Assembly (NCBI GenBank): GCA_024639065.1
Contig: JAHEJC010000001.1
Location: forward strand, 1 to 63,751
Origin: Lewinellaceae bacterium
Lineage (GTDB): Bacteria > Bacteroidota > Bacteroidia > Chitinophagales > Saprospiraceae
Reading direction: 5' to 3'
DNA: 63,751 nt
Part shown: positions 19,384-28,935 of the stretch, piece after piece
Layout: each line of letters begins with the position of its first letter
How positions within the stretch are numbered: the stretch's first letter is position 1
Made by a program: the position numbers and the translations under genes
The notes under the pieces: model-generated
Seen by the model: only the letters and a program-made list of their open reading frames with translations
Told to the model about the DNA's origin: nothing
Database searches by the model: none

Positions 19384-20586
19384 ATGAATCTTCATGAATA
19401 TCAGGGTAAAGAATTATTAAAAAAATTTGGGGTTGCTATTCAGGAAGGTATTCTTGCTACCAATGTAGAAGAAGCTGAAGAGGCCTACAAAACCCTTACA
19501 GGAGGTGCAGGAGGCAATGTAGTGGTCAAAGCGCAGATACATGCTGGAGGCAGAGGAAAAGGGGGTGGGATAAAACTATCCAAATCACTGGAGGAAGCAA
19601 GTGAAAATGCTTCAGCCATACTAGGCATGATGTTGAAGACCCCACAGACCCCTGGCGGTATGGAAGGACCAGGAAAATTAGTCAGAAAAGTTTTAATTGC
19701 ACAGGATTCCTATGTACCAACATTCGAGTCCTGTAAGGAATATTATATATCCATATTGACGGATCGTGAGAGTAAGCGGAATGTGATCATTTACTCAACG
19801 GAAGGTGGAATGAATATCGAAGAAGTTGCAGAAAAAACACCGCATCTTGTACAAAAAGAGTTTATTGATCCAACCTTAGGACTTCAAGCATTTCAACTAC
19901 GTAAAATTGCTTTTAACTTGAACTTAACGGGAGACGCTTTTAAAGGTATGACTCGGTTTTTATTCAGTTTGTACACCGCATTTGTAAAATCAGATGCCTC
20001 TTTATTTGAAATAAATCCATGCCTAAAGACTGGTGACAATCGTATTTTGGCGGTTGACTGCAAAGTCACCATTGATGATAATTCTTTATTTCGTCAAAAA
20101 GAAATTGAAGCCTGGCGCGACCTGGACGAAGAAGATCCGATAGAAGTGGAAGCTAAAAATTTTGGACTCAATTTTGTCAATTTAGATGGTAATGTAGGTT
20201 GTATGGTAAATGGGGCTGGTTTAGCAATGGCTACCATGGACATTATTAAACTTTCTGGAGGTGAGCCAGCCAACTTTTTAGATGTAGGTGGAACCGCAGA
20301 TGCCGAACGAGTAGAAAAAGCCTTTAGAATTATCCTCAAAGATCCCAAAGTTAAAGCAATACTTATCAACATATTTGGAGGTATCGTACGATGTGACCGG
20401 GTAGCTAATGGCATTGTACAAGCCTATCAAAATATTGGTGATATTGAGATTCCTATAATTGTGCGCCTTCAAGGCACCAATGCTGAACTAGCCAAAGAAA
20501 TCATAGATAAATCCGGACTGGAGGTTCAATCAGCCATCCTACTCAAGGAAGCTGCAGAATTGGTACAAAAAGCGATCATCGTATAA
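19384..20586 (+). CDS. sucC: Succinate--CoA ligase (ADP-forming) beta subunit
   Basis: 400 aa with [50 protein letters not shown]. Confidence 0.94.
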   Translation: MNLHEYQGKELLKKFGVAIQEGILATNVEEAEEAYKTLTGGAGGNVVVKAQIHAGGRGKGGGIKLSKSLEEASENASAILGMMLKTPQTPGGMEGPGKLVRKVLIAQDSYVPTFESCKEYYISILTDRESKRNVIIYSTEGGMNIEEVAEKTPHLVQKEFIDPTLGLQAFQLRKIAFNLNLTGDAFKGMTRFLFSLYTAFVKSDASLFEINPCLKTGDNRILAVDCKVTIDDNSLFRQKEIEAWRDLDEEDPIEVEAKNFGLNFVNLDGNVGCMVNGAGLAMATMDIIKLSGGEPANFLDVGGTADAERVEKAFRIILKDPKVKAILINIFGGIVRCDRVANGIVQAYQNIGDIEIPIIVRLQGTNAELAKEIIDKSGLEVQSAILLKEAAELVQKAIIV

Positions 20587-20596
20587 ATCTTTCAAA

Positions 20597-21643
20597 ATGG
20601 AATTACATCTGCTAAATGCTTATATGCGCAGATGTTTTGATCTCGCTCGATTAGGTCAAGGTAAAACATCGCCTAATCCAATAGTAGGGTCCATAGTAGT
20701 CCATGACCTTCGTATCATTGGAGAAGGATATCATAAATCGTTCGGTCAAGCCCACGCGGAAGATGTTGCCATTCATAATGCAATTAATCAACATCCAACT
20801 TTGCTCCCCGAATCTACCATATTTATTTCCTTGGAACCCTGTTTTCACCAAGGCCACACCCCACCCTGCGTGGATCTAATCTTAAAACACAAAATTCAAC
20901 GAGTCGTTATCAGCTGTATCGACCCTGACCCTCGAGTAGCGGGAAAAAGTATTAAAAAACTTAGAGCTCACGGAATAGAGGTAATATCGGATGTACTGTC
21001 GGATGAAGGCCAAAACCTGATTAGAAACTTTACTACCCGAATCTTTAAAAATAGACCCTATATAACTTTAAAGGTTGCGATGGATATTCATGGCAATATG
21101 GGTTCTATCGGAAAATCTATATGGTTGAGTAATCGTTTGAGTAAATTCTATGTGCATCGATTAAGGGCTTATACTGATGCGATTTTGGTTGGAGCAAATA
21201 CGGTAATTATTGATAATCCATTATTGAACAACCGGCTTTTCTTCGGGAACTCACCATTGAAAGTAATCTTTGACCGAGATTTATCCATAGATAAACAAAG
21301 CAAAGTATTTGGACAAGAACCCCCTATACTGGTTTACACTTTCAAGCATAATACATCGTTTGATAATTCTTTAATTGAATACATACAAATCAATGATAAT
21401 CAACTCTATATGGCACACCTGATTAACGATCTTTATCAACGAGGGATTAATCATCTTTTAGTCGAGGGAGGGGCTAAAACTTTTAGCACGCTTATTGAAG
21501 AGGGACATTGGGACGAAATTATTTTGATAAAAACCAAGGAGGAAATTACGAATCACCCTATTTCATTTGCTTCGTTTAATGGCATTAAACTTCACTCTTT
21601 TACACTGGGGTCAAATCTAGTCGAACATTGGATTAACCAATAA
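20597..21643 (+). CDS. ribD: Bifunctional riboflavin biosynthesis deaminase/reductase RibD
   Basis: 348 aa with the deaminase Zn motif HAE...LEPCFHQGHTPPC and the C-terminal reductase block LLVEGGAKT. Confidence 0.9.
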   Translation: MELHLLNAYMRRCFDLARLGQGKTSPNPIVGSIVVHDLRIIGEGYHKSFGQAHAEDVAIHNAINQHPTLLPESTIFISLEPCFHQGHTPPCVDLILKHKIQRVVISCIDPDPRVAGKSIKKLRAHGIEVISDVLSDEGQNLIRNFTTRIFKNRPYITLKVAMDIHGNMGSIGKSIWLSNRLSKFYVHRLRAYTDAILVGANTVIIDNPLLNNRLFFGNSPLKVIFDRDLSIDKQSKVFGQEPPILVYTFKHNTSFDNSLIEYIQINDNQLYMAHLINDLYQRGINHLLVEGGAKTFSTLIEEGHWDEIILIKTKEEITNHPISFASFNGIKLHSFTLGSNLVEHWINQ

Positions 21644-21755
21644 TCAATACAGACCGTTAAAGTTATTTTAAATAAAGCCTAATCGGTGATTAAACCTATT
21701 AAATATTGTTGCAAAGTTGTTACTTTGTTTTCATTGAAACTCTATTTACCATTTT

Positions 21756-22334
21756 ATGATTAAAACGATAAGAATAGGATTTAGCGTGGTGTTGCTCCTT
21801 TATGGCCTCTTGGCCATTGGACAAGAAGAAGATGCTAACTCTTTAATCAATTGGTTAAGCTGGGAAGAAGCTCTAGAAAAATCTACTTATGAAAAAAGAA
21901 AGATTTTCGTAGATCTGTACACTGAATGGTGTGGGTGGTGCAAGAAAATGGATTCCTCCACTTTTAAACAAAAAGACATTGTAAACTTTATTAACGAGCA
22001 TTATTATCCGATCAAATTTGATGCACAGAATAAAACACCTATTGAGATTAAAGACAAAGTGTACAAATATAAAAATGGTTATAATGAACTTGCAGTAGAA
22101 ATTACATACGGAAGAATGCAATTCCCCTCTTTAATATTCATGGATGAAGATTTCAATACGATCCAATCAATTCCGGGATTCCGAAAACGTGATGAACTTG
22201 AAATGATTTTGGTTTATTTTGCTGAAAATTTTCATACCAATATGCCTTGGTCAAGCTTTCAAAGAAAATATGCCCGGATGAAAATGCCTGATACGGGGCG
22301 AAGTGATCTTCAGCATGTTAAAGGTAAAAACTAA
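21756..22334 (+). CDS. Thioredoxin-fold protein (DUF255/thioredoxin-like), secreted
   Basis: 192 aa with a signal peptide and the CxxC active site in TEWCGWCKKMD. Confidence 0.8.
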   Translation: MIKTIRIGFSVVLLLYGLLAIGQEEDANSLINWLSWEEALEKSTYEKRKIFVDLYTEWCGWCKKMDSSTFKQKDIVNFINEHYYPIKFDAQNKTPIEIKDKVYKYKNGYNELAVEITYGRMQFPSLIFMDEDFNTIQSIPGFRKRDELEMILVYFAENFHTNMPWSSFQRKYARMKMPDTGRSDLQHVKGKN

Positions 22335-22556
22335 TTCCATTATTCATTCTGACCTCTTTACCTACCCTCTAATCCATTTCATTTAGTATATATATTCTCA
22401 TCCCTATAAAAACAAGACAGACATAGCTCGTTTCATCATTTAGTCGTGTAAAATGGCTCATTTCATTGATTTACAGGTCTTAGAACAAGGTAATATCTTC
22501 ATATTCGGGATAAAATAAAATTTACATTAAACAAATGGAACTAAAAATAAATTAAT

Positions 22557-22564
22557 TAGATTTG
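22557..22564 (+). promoter_or_regulatory. -7 promoter motif TAGATTTG upstream of the RRM protein gene
   Basis: Matches TAnnTTTG, 73 nt upstream of the ATG at 22637. I saw no convincing -33 TTTG. Confidence 0.3.
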
Positions 22565-22636
22565 TAATTGTATTGAGTTAATTATGAGTTTACATTCTAG
22601 ATTGACTTGGATTTATTTATCTAAAACATTTTTTTT

Positions 22637-22927
22637 ATGAACATTTTTGTAGCAAAACTAAACTTTGACACACGCGAATCCGACTTAAGAAATGCTTTTT
22701 CCGAATTTGGAGAAGTGGATTCTGTGAAAATCATTATGGACAAATTCACCGGAAAATCCAAAGGATATGGTTTCGTTGAAATGCCAAATGATGATGAAGG
22801 TCAGAATGCAATCAACGGATTGAATGATTCTGAGGTGGATGGAAGGACTATCGTGGTCAAAAAAGCCGAGCCTAGAGAAAGAAGAGATAACAACCGTGGC
22901 GGCGGCGGCTACAACAGAAGATATTAG
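22637..22927 (+). CDS. RRM-type RNA-binding protein with a Gly/Arg-rich tail
   Basis: 96 aa with RNP1 KGYGFVEM, RNP2 NIFVAKL and the tail RRDNNRGGGGYNRRY. Confidence 0.92.
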   Translation: MNIFVAKLNFDTRESDLRNAFSEFGEVDSVKIIMDKFTGKSKGYGFVEMPNDDEGQNAINGLNDSEVDGRTIVVKKAEPRERRDNNRGGGGYNRRY

Positions 22928-22950
22928 AATATATTTTTTGTCGAGAAATA

Positions 22951-22982
22951 AAAGCCTTCGAAGTTCGAAGGCTTTTTTTTGT
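22951..22982. terminator. Bidirectional intrinsic terminator between the RRM gene and the convergent cvfB-like gene
   Basis: aaagccttcg-aagtt-cgaaggcttt is a 10-bp stem, followed by a T-run on the plus strand and flanked by an A-run that gives a U-tract on the minus strand. Confidence 0.85.
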
Positions 22983-23009
22983 TCTGGATCATACCTGAAA
23001 ATCCACCCA

Positions 23010-23855
23010 TTATGCCATATCAATTAGCGAAATTCCATCTTCTTTAATTTCTATTTTTCTTTCCCGATACAATGCTCCTATCGATTTTTTAAATGCTTTC
23101 TTACTTATGCCCAGCGATTTATAAATAACTTCAGGTGGACTTTTGTCCGTCAAAGCTAGAAATCCTTGTTTAGCTATTAAAGCGCTCATAATCAAGTCAA
23201 TATTTGCATCATTATACTTCAAATAACCTATCGGCTGAAGCGAAACATCAATTTTTTGATCTTCTCTTAATTGCTTGACATATCCCTTTAAATGATCTCC
23301 AATTTTTAGTGCTTTAAAAATCTCATTATTAAAAAGGAGTCCTTTGTGCAATTTGTTTACAATGACTGAATAGCCAAGGTCCGTTTTGCGCATAATGATT
23401 AAATCAACCTGATCACCTGCATGAACTGTTAAAGATTCATTTTGAAGGTATTTATCTAATTTGTTACTCCCAAAAAGTCGATCTGTTTCTTGGTCAATGT
23501 CCATATAAATCAGGTACCATCGATCCAGTTCCATCTTCTGTCTTTGTTCTTTAAATGGAACCAACAAGTCCTTCTCTAAACCCCAATCCATGAATGCGCC
23601 TACATCCGAAACCGCAGCAACACGTAAAAGAGCAAAATCATGAAGCAAAATTTTGGGCTGAATATTGGTGGCTATTTTCCGTTCAGCAAAATCACGATAG
23701 ACAAAGACTCGAATTTTATCGCCTATTACAAAATCTTCCGGACAATACTTATTAGGCAATAAAATATCTTCAGTTGGATCTTCTGTTCCTAAATATAATC
23801 CAACTGAAGTTAATCTTAAGATGGTTAATTCGTGATATTTTCCTATTTCGATCAT
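23010..23855 (-). CDS. S1 domain RNA-binding protein (CvfB/YitL family)
   Basis: 281 aa with repeated S1-like barrels and a C-terminal winged-helix-like end (KKAFKKSIGALYRERKI). Confidence 0.75.
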   Translation of the reverse strand: MIEIGKYHELTILRLTSVGLYLGTEDPTEDILLPNKYCPEDFVIGDKIRVFVYRDFAERKIATNIQPKILLHDFALLRVAAVSDVGAFMDWGLEKDLLVPFKEQRQKMELDRWYLIYMDIDQETDRLFGSNKLDKYLQNESLTVHAGDQVDLIIMRKTDLGYSVIVNKLHKGLLFNNEIFKALKIGDHLKGYVKQLREDQKIDVSLQPIGYLKYNDANIDLIMSALIAKQGFLALTDKSPPEVIYKSLGISKKAFKKSIGALYRERKIEIKEDGISLIDMA

Positions 23856-23935
23856 ATTCCAAAGCTAATGATTTTTCATATGCAGTAACCTGGTTCATTT
23901 CATTTTAGCTATATAATAAGACGCTTCAGTTAAAA

Positions 23936-25180
23936 TTATGAATTTTCGAGTAATGCCATTTTATTTTGTAGATAGGCTCTTTCCAACTGGTTGTTCACCA
24001 GACCTATAGCCTTCTCCAGATAATTAATTGCTTTATTAAGTTGTTTTTTTTGATGGAATAGCTCAGAATAGGTTCCAAAATATAAGTAAGCTCTTTGCTC
24101 TAGTTGGTCAGGGTCAATTGAGTCTAATAGTTGCTCGGCCATTTCAAATTTTTTTAATTGGATATAGACCATGACCATATTCAACAATGTAAAGTCCGAA
24201 TTTTGCAAATCGTAAAGTTTTTTATACCAGAAGAGTATCCTATTCCAGTCGGTTGATTCAAAAGAAGTAGCCTTAACGTGTTCTGCCGCTATCGCCGCTT
24301 CATAATGGTAGGTCGATAAAGTTGCATTTTCGACCGCTTTATTCATAGCATCATTCCCGGCAAATATTAATGGGAAATGCCATTTTGATCGATCTTGACT
24401 TTTTAGATCTTTCATCTCGTTTTTTTCATCTACCTTACTTTCCAATCTAGCTGCATGAAAACACATCAGCGCAAATAAAGCATATGCTGAGTGAGAGCTT
24501 AATTCTTCCTTTTTCAAAAGAAACTTGCAGAGCCGCATGGCTTCTGTACACAAATCCCGGCGAATTAAAAGTTCATTCTGGGTTGAATGAAAACCTTCGT
24601 TAAAGATCAGGTAAAGCACTTCAAGCACTCTATCAATTCGATTGGGTAGTTCAAATCTATTAGGTATTTCAAAGGTGATTTCTTTGTTTTGTAATTCTTT
24701 TCTTGCCCTGAATAATCGCTTTTTGACGGTTTCTTCTTTTAATAATAATGCAGCTGCAATTTCTTTGATACTGAATCCCGAAATGGTCTTTAGCGCAAAT
24801 GCAATTTGGTTGTTAGAATTTAGATTAGGATGGCATGCGGTAAATATCATACGCAACTGACTATCTTCAATTTCATGATCCAGAAAGAGGTCATTGAGTA
24901 CCATAGAAGCTGGACCATTCTCAAGTTTCAATATTCGATTTTGATCAGCACGTATTTTACGAAGCAAATCAATTGCTCTATTTTTGGCCGCTTTTGTTAG
25001 CCATGCTTCCGGGTTTTCAGGCAATTCAGATCGCCAAGTTTGCATGGCTTTGATAAAGGTATCTTGGACGGCATCCTCAATAGTCTCTAAATTGGTTAAG
25101 CCAAATATTCTGGTTAAAATGGAGACCATCCTTCCATATTGATGCCTGAAAAGATGGTCCATTATTTTAGTTTGCTTCAT
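23936..25180 (-). CDS. ECF-like sigma factor with a long C-terminal TPR-like extension (COG4941 type)
   Basis: 414 aa. The N-terminal roughly 170 aa contain sigma regions 2 and 4 (EDAVQDTFIKA, ISGFSIKEIAAALLLKEETVKKRLFRARKEL), followed by a helical extension of about 240 aa. Its ATG overlaps the YciI-like gene stop (ATGA). Confidence 0.85.
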   Translation of the reverse strand: MKQTKIMDHLFRHQYGRMVSILTRIFGLTNLETIEDAVQDTFIKAMQTWRSELPENPEAWLTKAAKNRAIDLLRKIRADQNRILKLENGPASMVLNDLFLDHEIEDSQLRMIFTACHPNLNSNNQIAFALKTISGFSIKEIAAALLLKEETVKKRLFRARKELQNKEITFEIPNRFELPNRIDRVLEVLYLIFNEGFHSTQNELLIRRDLCTEAMRLCKFLLKKEELSSHSAYALFALMCFHAARLESKVDEKNEMKDLKSQDRSKWHFPLIFAGNDAMNKAVENATLSTYHYEAAIAAEHVKATSFESTDWNRILFWYKKLYDLQNSDFTLLNMVMVYIQLKKFEMAEQLLDSIDPDQLEQRAYLYFGTYSELFHQKKQLNKAINYLEKAIGLVNNQLERAYLQNKMALLENS

Positions 25181-25524
25181 TGTTCAAATACCATTACTTC
25201 TCTCACCTCTACAGAACCGTTTAGGTCAAAATCCGGATAATCCTGAGAAATTTCAATGGCCTGATTTACGTCTTTGGCTTTAATTATATAATAACCGCCA
25301 ACTAGTTCTTTACTTTCAGCAAACGGGCCATCGGAAACTGTACGACTTTCACCAGATATGCGTTTGGCGGAAGCATGAAGCGCATGACCTCCCCGCAGGA
25401 TCCCAGCTTCTTCCATTTTGCTTTGCCATCCCCACCATTTTCCCATCCTACTTTGCATCTCTTCCGGAGACAGTTTTAATTCTGCATAGGAAGGGCCTAA
25501 AAAAATCAACATAAATTCTTTCAT
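25177..25524 (-). CDS. YciI/DGPF family protein
   Basis: 115 aa containing the SDGPF motif. It has the classic pairing with a COG4941 sigma factor. Confidence 0.8.
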   Translation of the reverse strand: MKEFMLIFLGPSYAELKLSPEEMQSRMGKWWGWQSKMEEAGILRGGHALHASAKRISGESRTVSDGPFAESKELVGGYYIIKAKDVNQAIEISQDYPDFDLNGSVEVREVMVFEQ

Positions 25525-25803
25525 CCTTAATTATTTTTGATTAATCAATATTTATAAATTATAAAATCCAAACAGGACTAATTTATATCCTTTAAATCCA
25601 TCTACATAAACAGAATCTACCTCATGACTTTTTAATTCAGGAGAATTACTTTGACTAAAATTTATTTAATTATCAAACAGCAATTTATGACTCAATGTGT
25701 TCATTTTATTCTATTACGAAGCGAAACCAATAAATGGGGACAAATGCGCAGATATATTTTGTTTGGAAATCTGAAAAGAGAATTGATCGATAAAAAGTTT
25801 CGG

Positions 25804-26604
25804 TTAATCAAACTTAACGGTAAGACGTACTCCACCAGGCATCGCATCCAAATTTATATTTCGAGCTTTATACAAAACTGGGATCAATAGTCCATAACTG
25901 GCCCCGACGACATAACCCATAATTACATCGGTTGGAAAGTGTTTTCCAGCTTTGTATCGAAGATACCCGGTGAGGGCGGGAATAGAACTAGCCAGCGTCC
26001 AATACACTGGAATCAGCTTACTTTCGGGATTGATGTCTGATAATACTTTAGCACAGAAAAATGAAAAATAAGCAGTGGTGCTGGTGTGCCCAGAATAAAA
26101 AGATTTTGTGTCATTTTTGTTTAACCGATGCTTAAGTATCTCTTCAGAAAAATTGTACATATAGGGTCTTGGGCGTTCTGCCATTAACTTAAATGATAAA
26201 TTCATAGCATCTTGTATAAAATATCCCTGAATACCCATAAGCAATATATTGCCCACTTTGTTTCCGTTTTTGTTTTTTAGAAGATAGAGTGATGCCGGAG
26301 ACAATATGGAAGTATAAAGCAAAACATCACTCCACTGGTCGGCCTTCATAGAATAATGATTCACCGCACTTCTGTCGATGCTCCACAAAGCGCTTTTATC
26401 CAATTCCCAATAATCATCAAAGTATTCCTCGGGCCTGAGCCGGTCATAAATATGCAATCCTACATTCAAGCCAAACGAAGTAAAGAATTCTATTTTATCT
26501 TTTTTAAACTCAAAATCATAGGTTTGTGCAGAACAATTTGAAATAATCACAAAAAAGGAAATCAAGAGTAAAGTGAATAAATAAGGACTTTTTACTTTTT
26601 TCAT
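25804..26604 (-). CDS. PAP2 family phosphatase (membrane)
   Basis: PAP2 motifs ERPRPY, YSGHTS, GKHFPTDV. I prefer the ATG at 26604 (MKKVKSPYLF...), which avoids overlap with the upstream gene. The ORF track starts at 26640. Confidence 0.85.
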   Translation of the reverse strand: MKKVKSPYLFTLLLISFFVIISNCSAQTYDFEFKKDKIEFFTSFGLNVGLHIYDRLRPEEYFDDYWELDKSALWSIDRSAVNHYSMKADQWSDVLLYTSILSPASLYLLKNKNGNKVGNILLMGIQGYFIQDAMNLSFKLMAERPRPYMYNFSEEILKHRLNKNDTKSFYSGHTSTTAYFSFFCAKVLSDINPESKLIPVYWTLASSIPALTGYLRYKAGKHFPTDVIMGYVVGASYGLLIPVLYKARNINLDAMPGGVRLTVKFD

Positions 26605-26614
26605 AAATAAGCAA

Positions 26615-27517
26615 TTATGGATTATCCTGTGGGTAAACAAAGGTTACTGGATCTGATTGTACCACTGATCCAAAAACTCCAAATGCGCCCTCATTAGTAG
26701 AATGAATAAATGTCGGTTCCACGAATGGATTCAAAATGGATTGCAACTGATTATCCAGATCTTGAAAAAATTGAGCCGATTTGGCATCAAGAGATTGCAG
26801 GTATATGGTTCCAGTATCACCTTCCAGGTATTCAAATAAAACCTCAGCATTAAATTCCATGTTCTGCCCATCCAACGCTATATCGTTAAACACGATCCTG
26901 CCTAAATCGGTCACTTGAAATAACTCGCCTTCTTGGGTGCAGTCACTAGTTACTGCACCCAATACATGAACGTGCCATCTGGTTTTATCAATCCATCGAT
27001 CCATCTGAAATCGATATACATTGCCAAATCCAGGGGCATCCTTAAATGTAATAATTACTCCATCATGCCCTCCATAAACATCGAAAAATTCTACGGATGC
27101 AACTTTTGAAATATTTGCCTTTGGCAAGTCTAAAGTGATGGTGGCTTGATAATTAACCCCCTGATATTCCATTTGCAGTTGATAGGTTGCGTCATAGGTT
27201 ATACTATGATTTCCTTGATAATGAGGTACCCATCTAACTCTGAAGTGATCAAAGGTAGAATCAATTGTTAAATGATCTATTCTATCCTCCGAAACTATAT
27301 TAATATTAGCATTTCTCACAAAAATATCACTTGGTTTAAACCGCTTGTTAAAGAAAGATACGGAATTACTTAGATAAACTTTAGGCATTATACCAGGATA
27401 AAGTATACATTCTATAAACAGCTTGGGAGAATGATTTAGTGTCCCATCAACCGAAATGTCTTTTGGACATTGTGAAAACACAATCCAAACAATAGTAATA
27501 TGAACTACATTTTTCAT
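26615..27517 (-). CDS. DUF4249-like lipoprotein
   Basis: 300 aa with an N-terminal hydrophobic segment plus Cys, and beta-rich. It occupies the position just downstream of a TonB-dependent receptor C-terminus, which is the usual context for DUF4249. Confidence 0.6.
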   Translation of the reverse strand: MKNVVHITIVWIVFSQCPKDISVDGTLNHSPKLFIECILYPGIMPKVYLSNSVSFFNKRFKPSDIFVRNANINIVSEDRIDHLTIDSTFDHFRVRWVPHYQGNHSITYDATYQLQMEYQGVNYQATITLDLPKANISKVASVEFFDVYGGHDGVIITFKDAPGFGNVYRFQMDRWIDKTRWHVHVLGAVTSDCTQEGELFQVTDLGRIVFNDIALDGQNMEFNAEVLFEYLEGDTGTIYLQSLDAKSAQFFQDLDNQLQSILNPFVEPTFIHSTNEGAFGVFGSVVQSDPVTFVYPQDNP

Positions 27518-27520
27518 AGC

Positions 27521-27752
27521 CTAAAATTTAAAATTATAGGAAATACTAGGTATAATTGGCTGTGGAGAAACCTGCCTAGCCTGTGGCTGGTCAGTTACCT
27601 GGTCAATGTCAAAAAATATAAAATAAGGATTTTTCGATTATAAACATTATAAATGCCAAATGCCCATTCTCCAATATATTCCAACCCGAACATTCGGGTT
27701 GCTTTCTTTCTGATGAATATAAACAACCTCAGGAAATTGAAATTCTAATTTT
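27521..27752 (-). pseudogene. 3' remnant of a TonB-dependent receptor gene, frameshifted and 5'-truncated
   Basis: My minus-strand translation gives ...RMFGLEYIGEWAFGIYNVYNRK in one frame and NPYFIFFDIDQVTDQPQARQVSPQPIIPSISYNFKF* in another. They join at an A5 run near 27632-27637, where one extra A would restore R-K-N-P. The terminal aromatic motif YNFKF and the YNVYNRKNP block are typical TBDR C-termini. An in-frame TGA at 27753-27755 ends the readable part upstream. Confidence 0.6.
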
Positions 27753-27894
27753 TCAAAAAATAAAATCCACCGGTAATCCAGCACTTCATAAACTCATTTC
27801 AAACTGACGAATTCTTGATTGTATGTATTTCATCAATACCCATTCAAACAACTCTAATTTTATAATCCCAAAAAAGAACAATTCTTTCAAATGA

Positions 27895-28932
27895 TTAAAA
27901 TATTACTTCTTGCTTGAATAATGTCGCATAATGCTGCATCAAATCAAGATATCCTTTAAAAATTCTAAAGCGGATAGAATAGATTTCGGGTGATCTGGCT
28001 TGCATACATTTAATTGCATTTACTTTTACTTTTACATTACTCCGATATAATTTATAGAAAAGAAATAATGCTTCATCAAGCTTATTTTCAATGACAGGGA
28101 AAACTTCAGTATATTTTTTGATGAAAAACTTACTAAGCTCTGGTTGGTGATAATAGGTTAGGTCTGTACAGAAAAAAGCCAATTCATTCAAAATATCTAT
28201 TTGTCTGAAATGATCATTAAATTCTATGCAATCAAAAATAATAGGTTCATCCAGCAAAAAGATATTGCCAGAATGAAGATCCCCGTGACAATCCCTGGAG
28301 AAGCCATTCAGATCCCGCTCATAAATTCGGGTTGCTAGATTATTTATAAATCGCTCCACAAATGAATATGTTTCGGTCAGAAAAGCAGCATTATTAGATT
28401 CTAAATGATGATTTATAAAAGAATCGACTTGTCTTAAGTTGTTGAAATCACTCCAAAGTATTTGTGGATTTACCGTGCCATGCACGATTTGAGTATTTAG
28501 ATGGAAATTGATTAGTTGATCAACTATCTTCTGAATATGTAATGGCTTAATTAATTGTTTTTTTAGCAGATTTCGCATTAAACGATGATTGTCCAACCGC
28601 TTCATCTTTACACAATAGTCAATTATTTTACCATTTGATTTGGCTTTATTCCCTATTACATTGATATTTTTTCCAATACTGTATATTTCGCAAACATTGA
28701 GATAAATATTCTCAGTTAATCGTCGGTTAAGTTTAATTTCCTGATCACAAAAATGTTTTCTGAGACTTAACGTAGAAAAATCAAGAAAATCGAATTGTAC
28801 AGGCTTTTTAATTTTATAAACAAACTCGTCACAAAGAAGTACCCAGGAAATGTGGGTTTCTATCAATTCGATCTCCCTGGTTTGATTCTTTTGAGTAGTA
28901 GCTATTAGTTCATTTATTTGTTCAATACGCAT
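27895..28932 (-). CDS. Phosphotransferase (APH/choline kinase-like protein kinase fold) of unknown substrate
   Basis: 345 aa with the Brenner motif CHGDLHSGNIF and the metal-binding DCIEFND. Confidence 0.8.
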   Translation of the reverse strand: MRIEQINELIATTQKNQTREIELIETHISWVLLCDEFVYKIKKPVQFDFLDFSTLSLRKHFCDQEIKLNRRLTENIYLNVCEIYSIGKNINVIGNKAKSNGKIIDYCVKMKRLDNHRLMRNLLKKQLIKPLHIQKIVDQLINFHLNTQIVHGTVNPQILWSDFNNLRQVDSFINHHLESNNAAFLTETYSFVERFINNLATRIYERDLNGFSRDCHGDLHSGNIFLLDEPIIFDCIEFNDHFRQIDILNELAFFCTDLTYYHQPELSKFFIKKYTEVFPVIENKLDEALFLFYKLYRSNVKVKVNAIKCMQARSPEIYSIRFRIFKGYLDLMQHYATLFKQEVIF

Positions 28933-28935
28933 CCG

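Noticed and set aside
22685-23027. A 112-aa minus-strand ORF and a 67-aa plus-strand ORF overlapping the RRM gene and its terminator.
   Set aside because: They overlap a strongly supported RRM CDS and run through the terminator hairpin. They have no motifs, and AAAAT-type low complexity arises from the GGC repeat region.
25651-25890. 79-aa plus-strand ORF with a TTG start in the spacer upstream of the YciI-sigma operon.
   Set aside because: It overlaps the 3' end of the PAP2 gene, has a Lys/Ile-rich composition typical of AT-rich non-coding DNA, and shows no recognisable domain.
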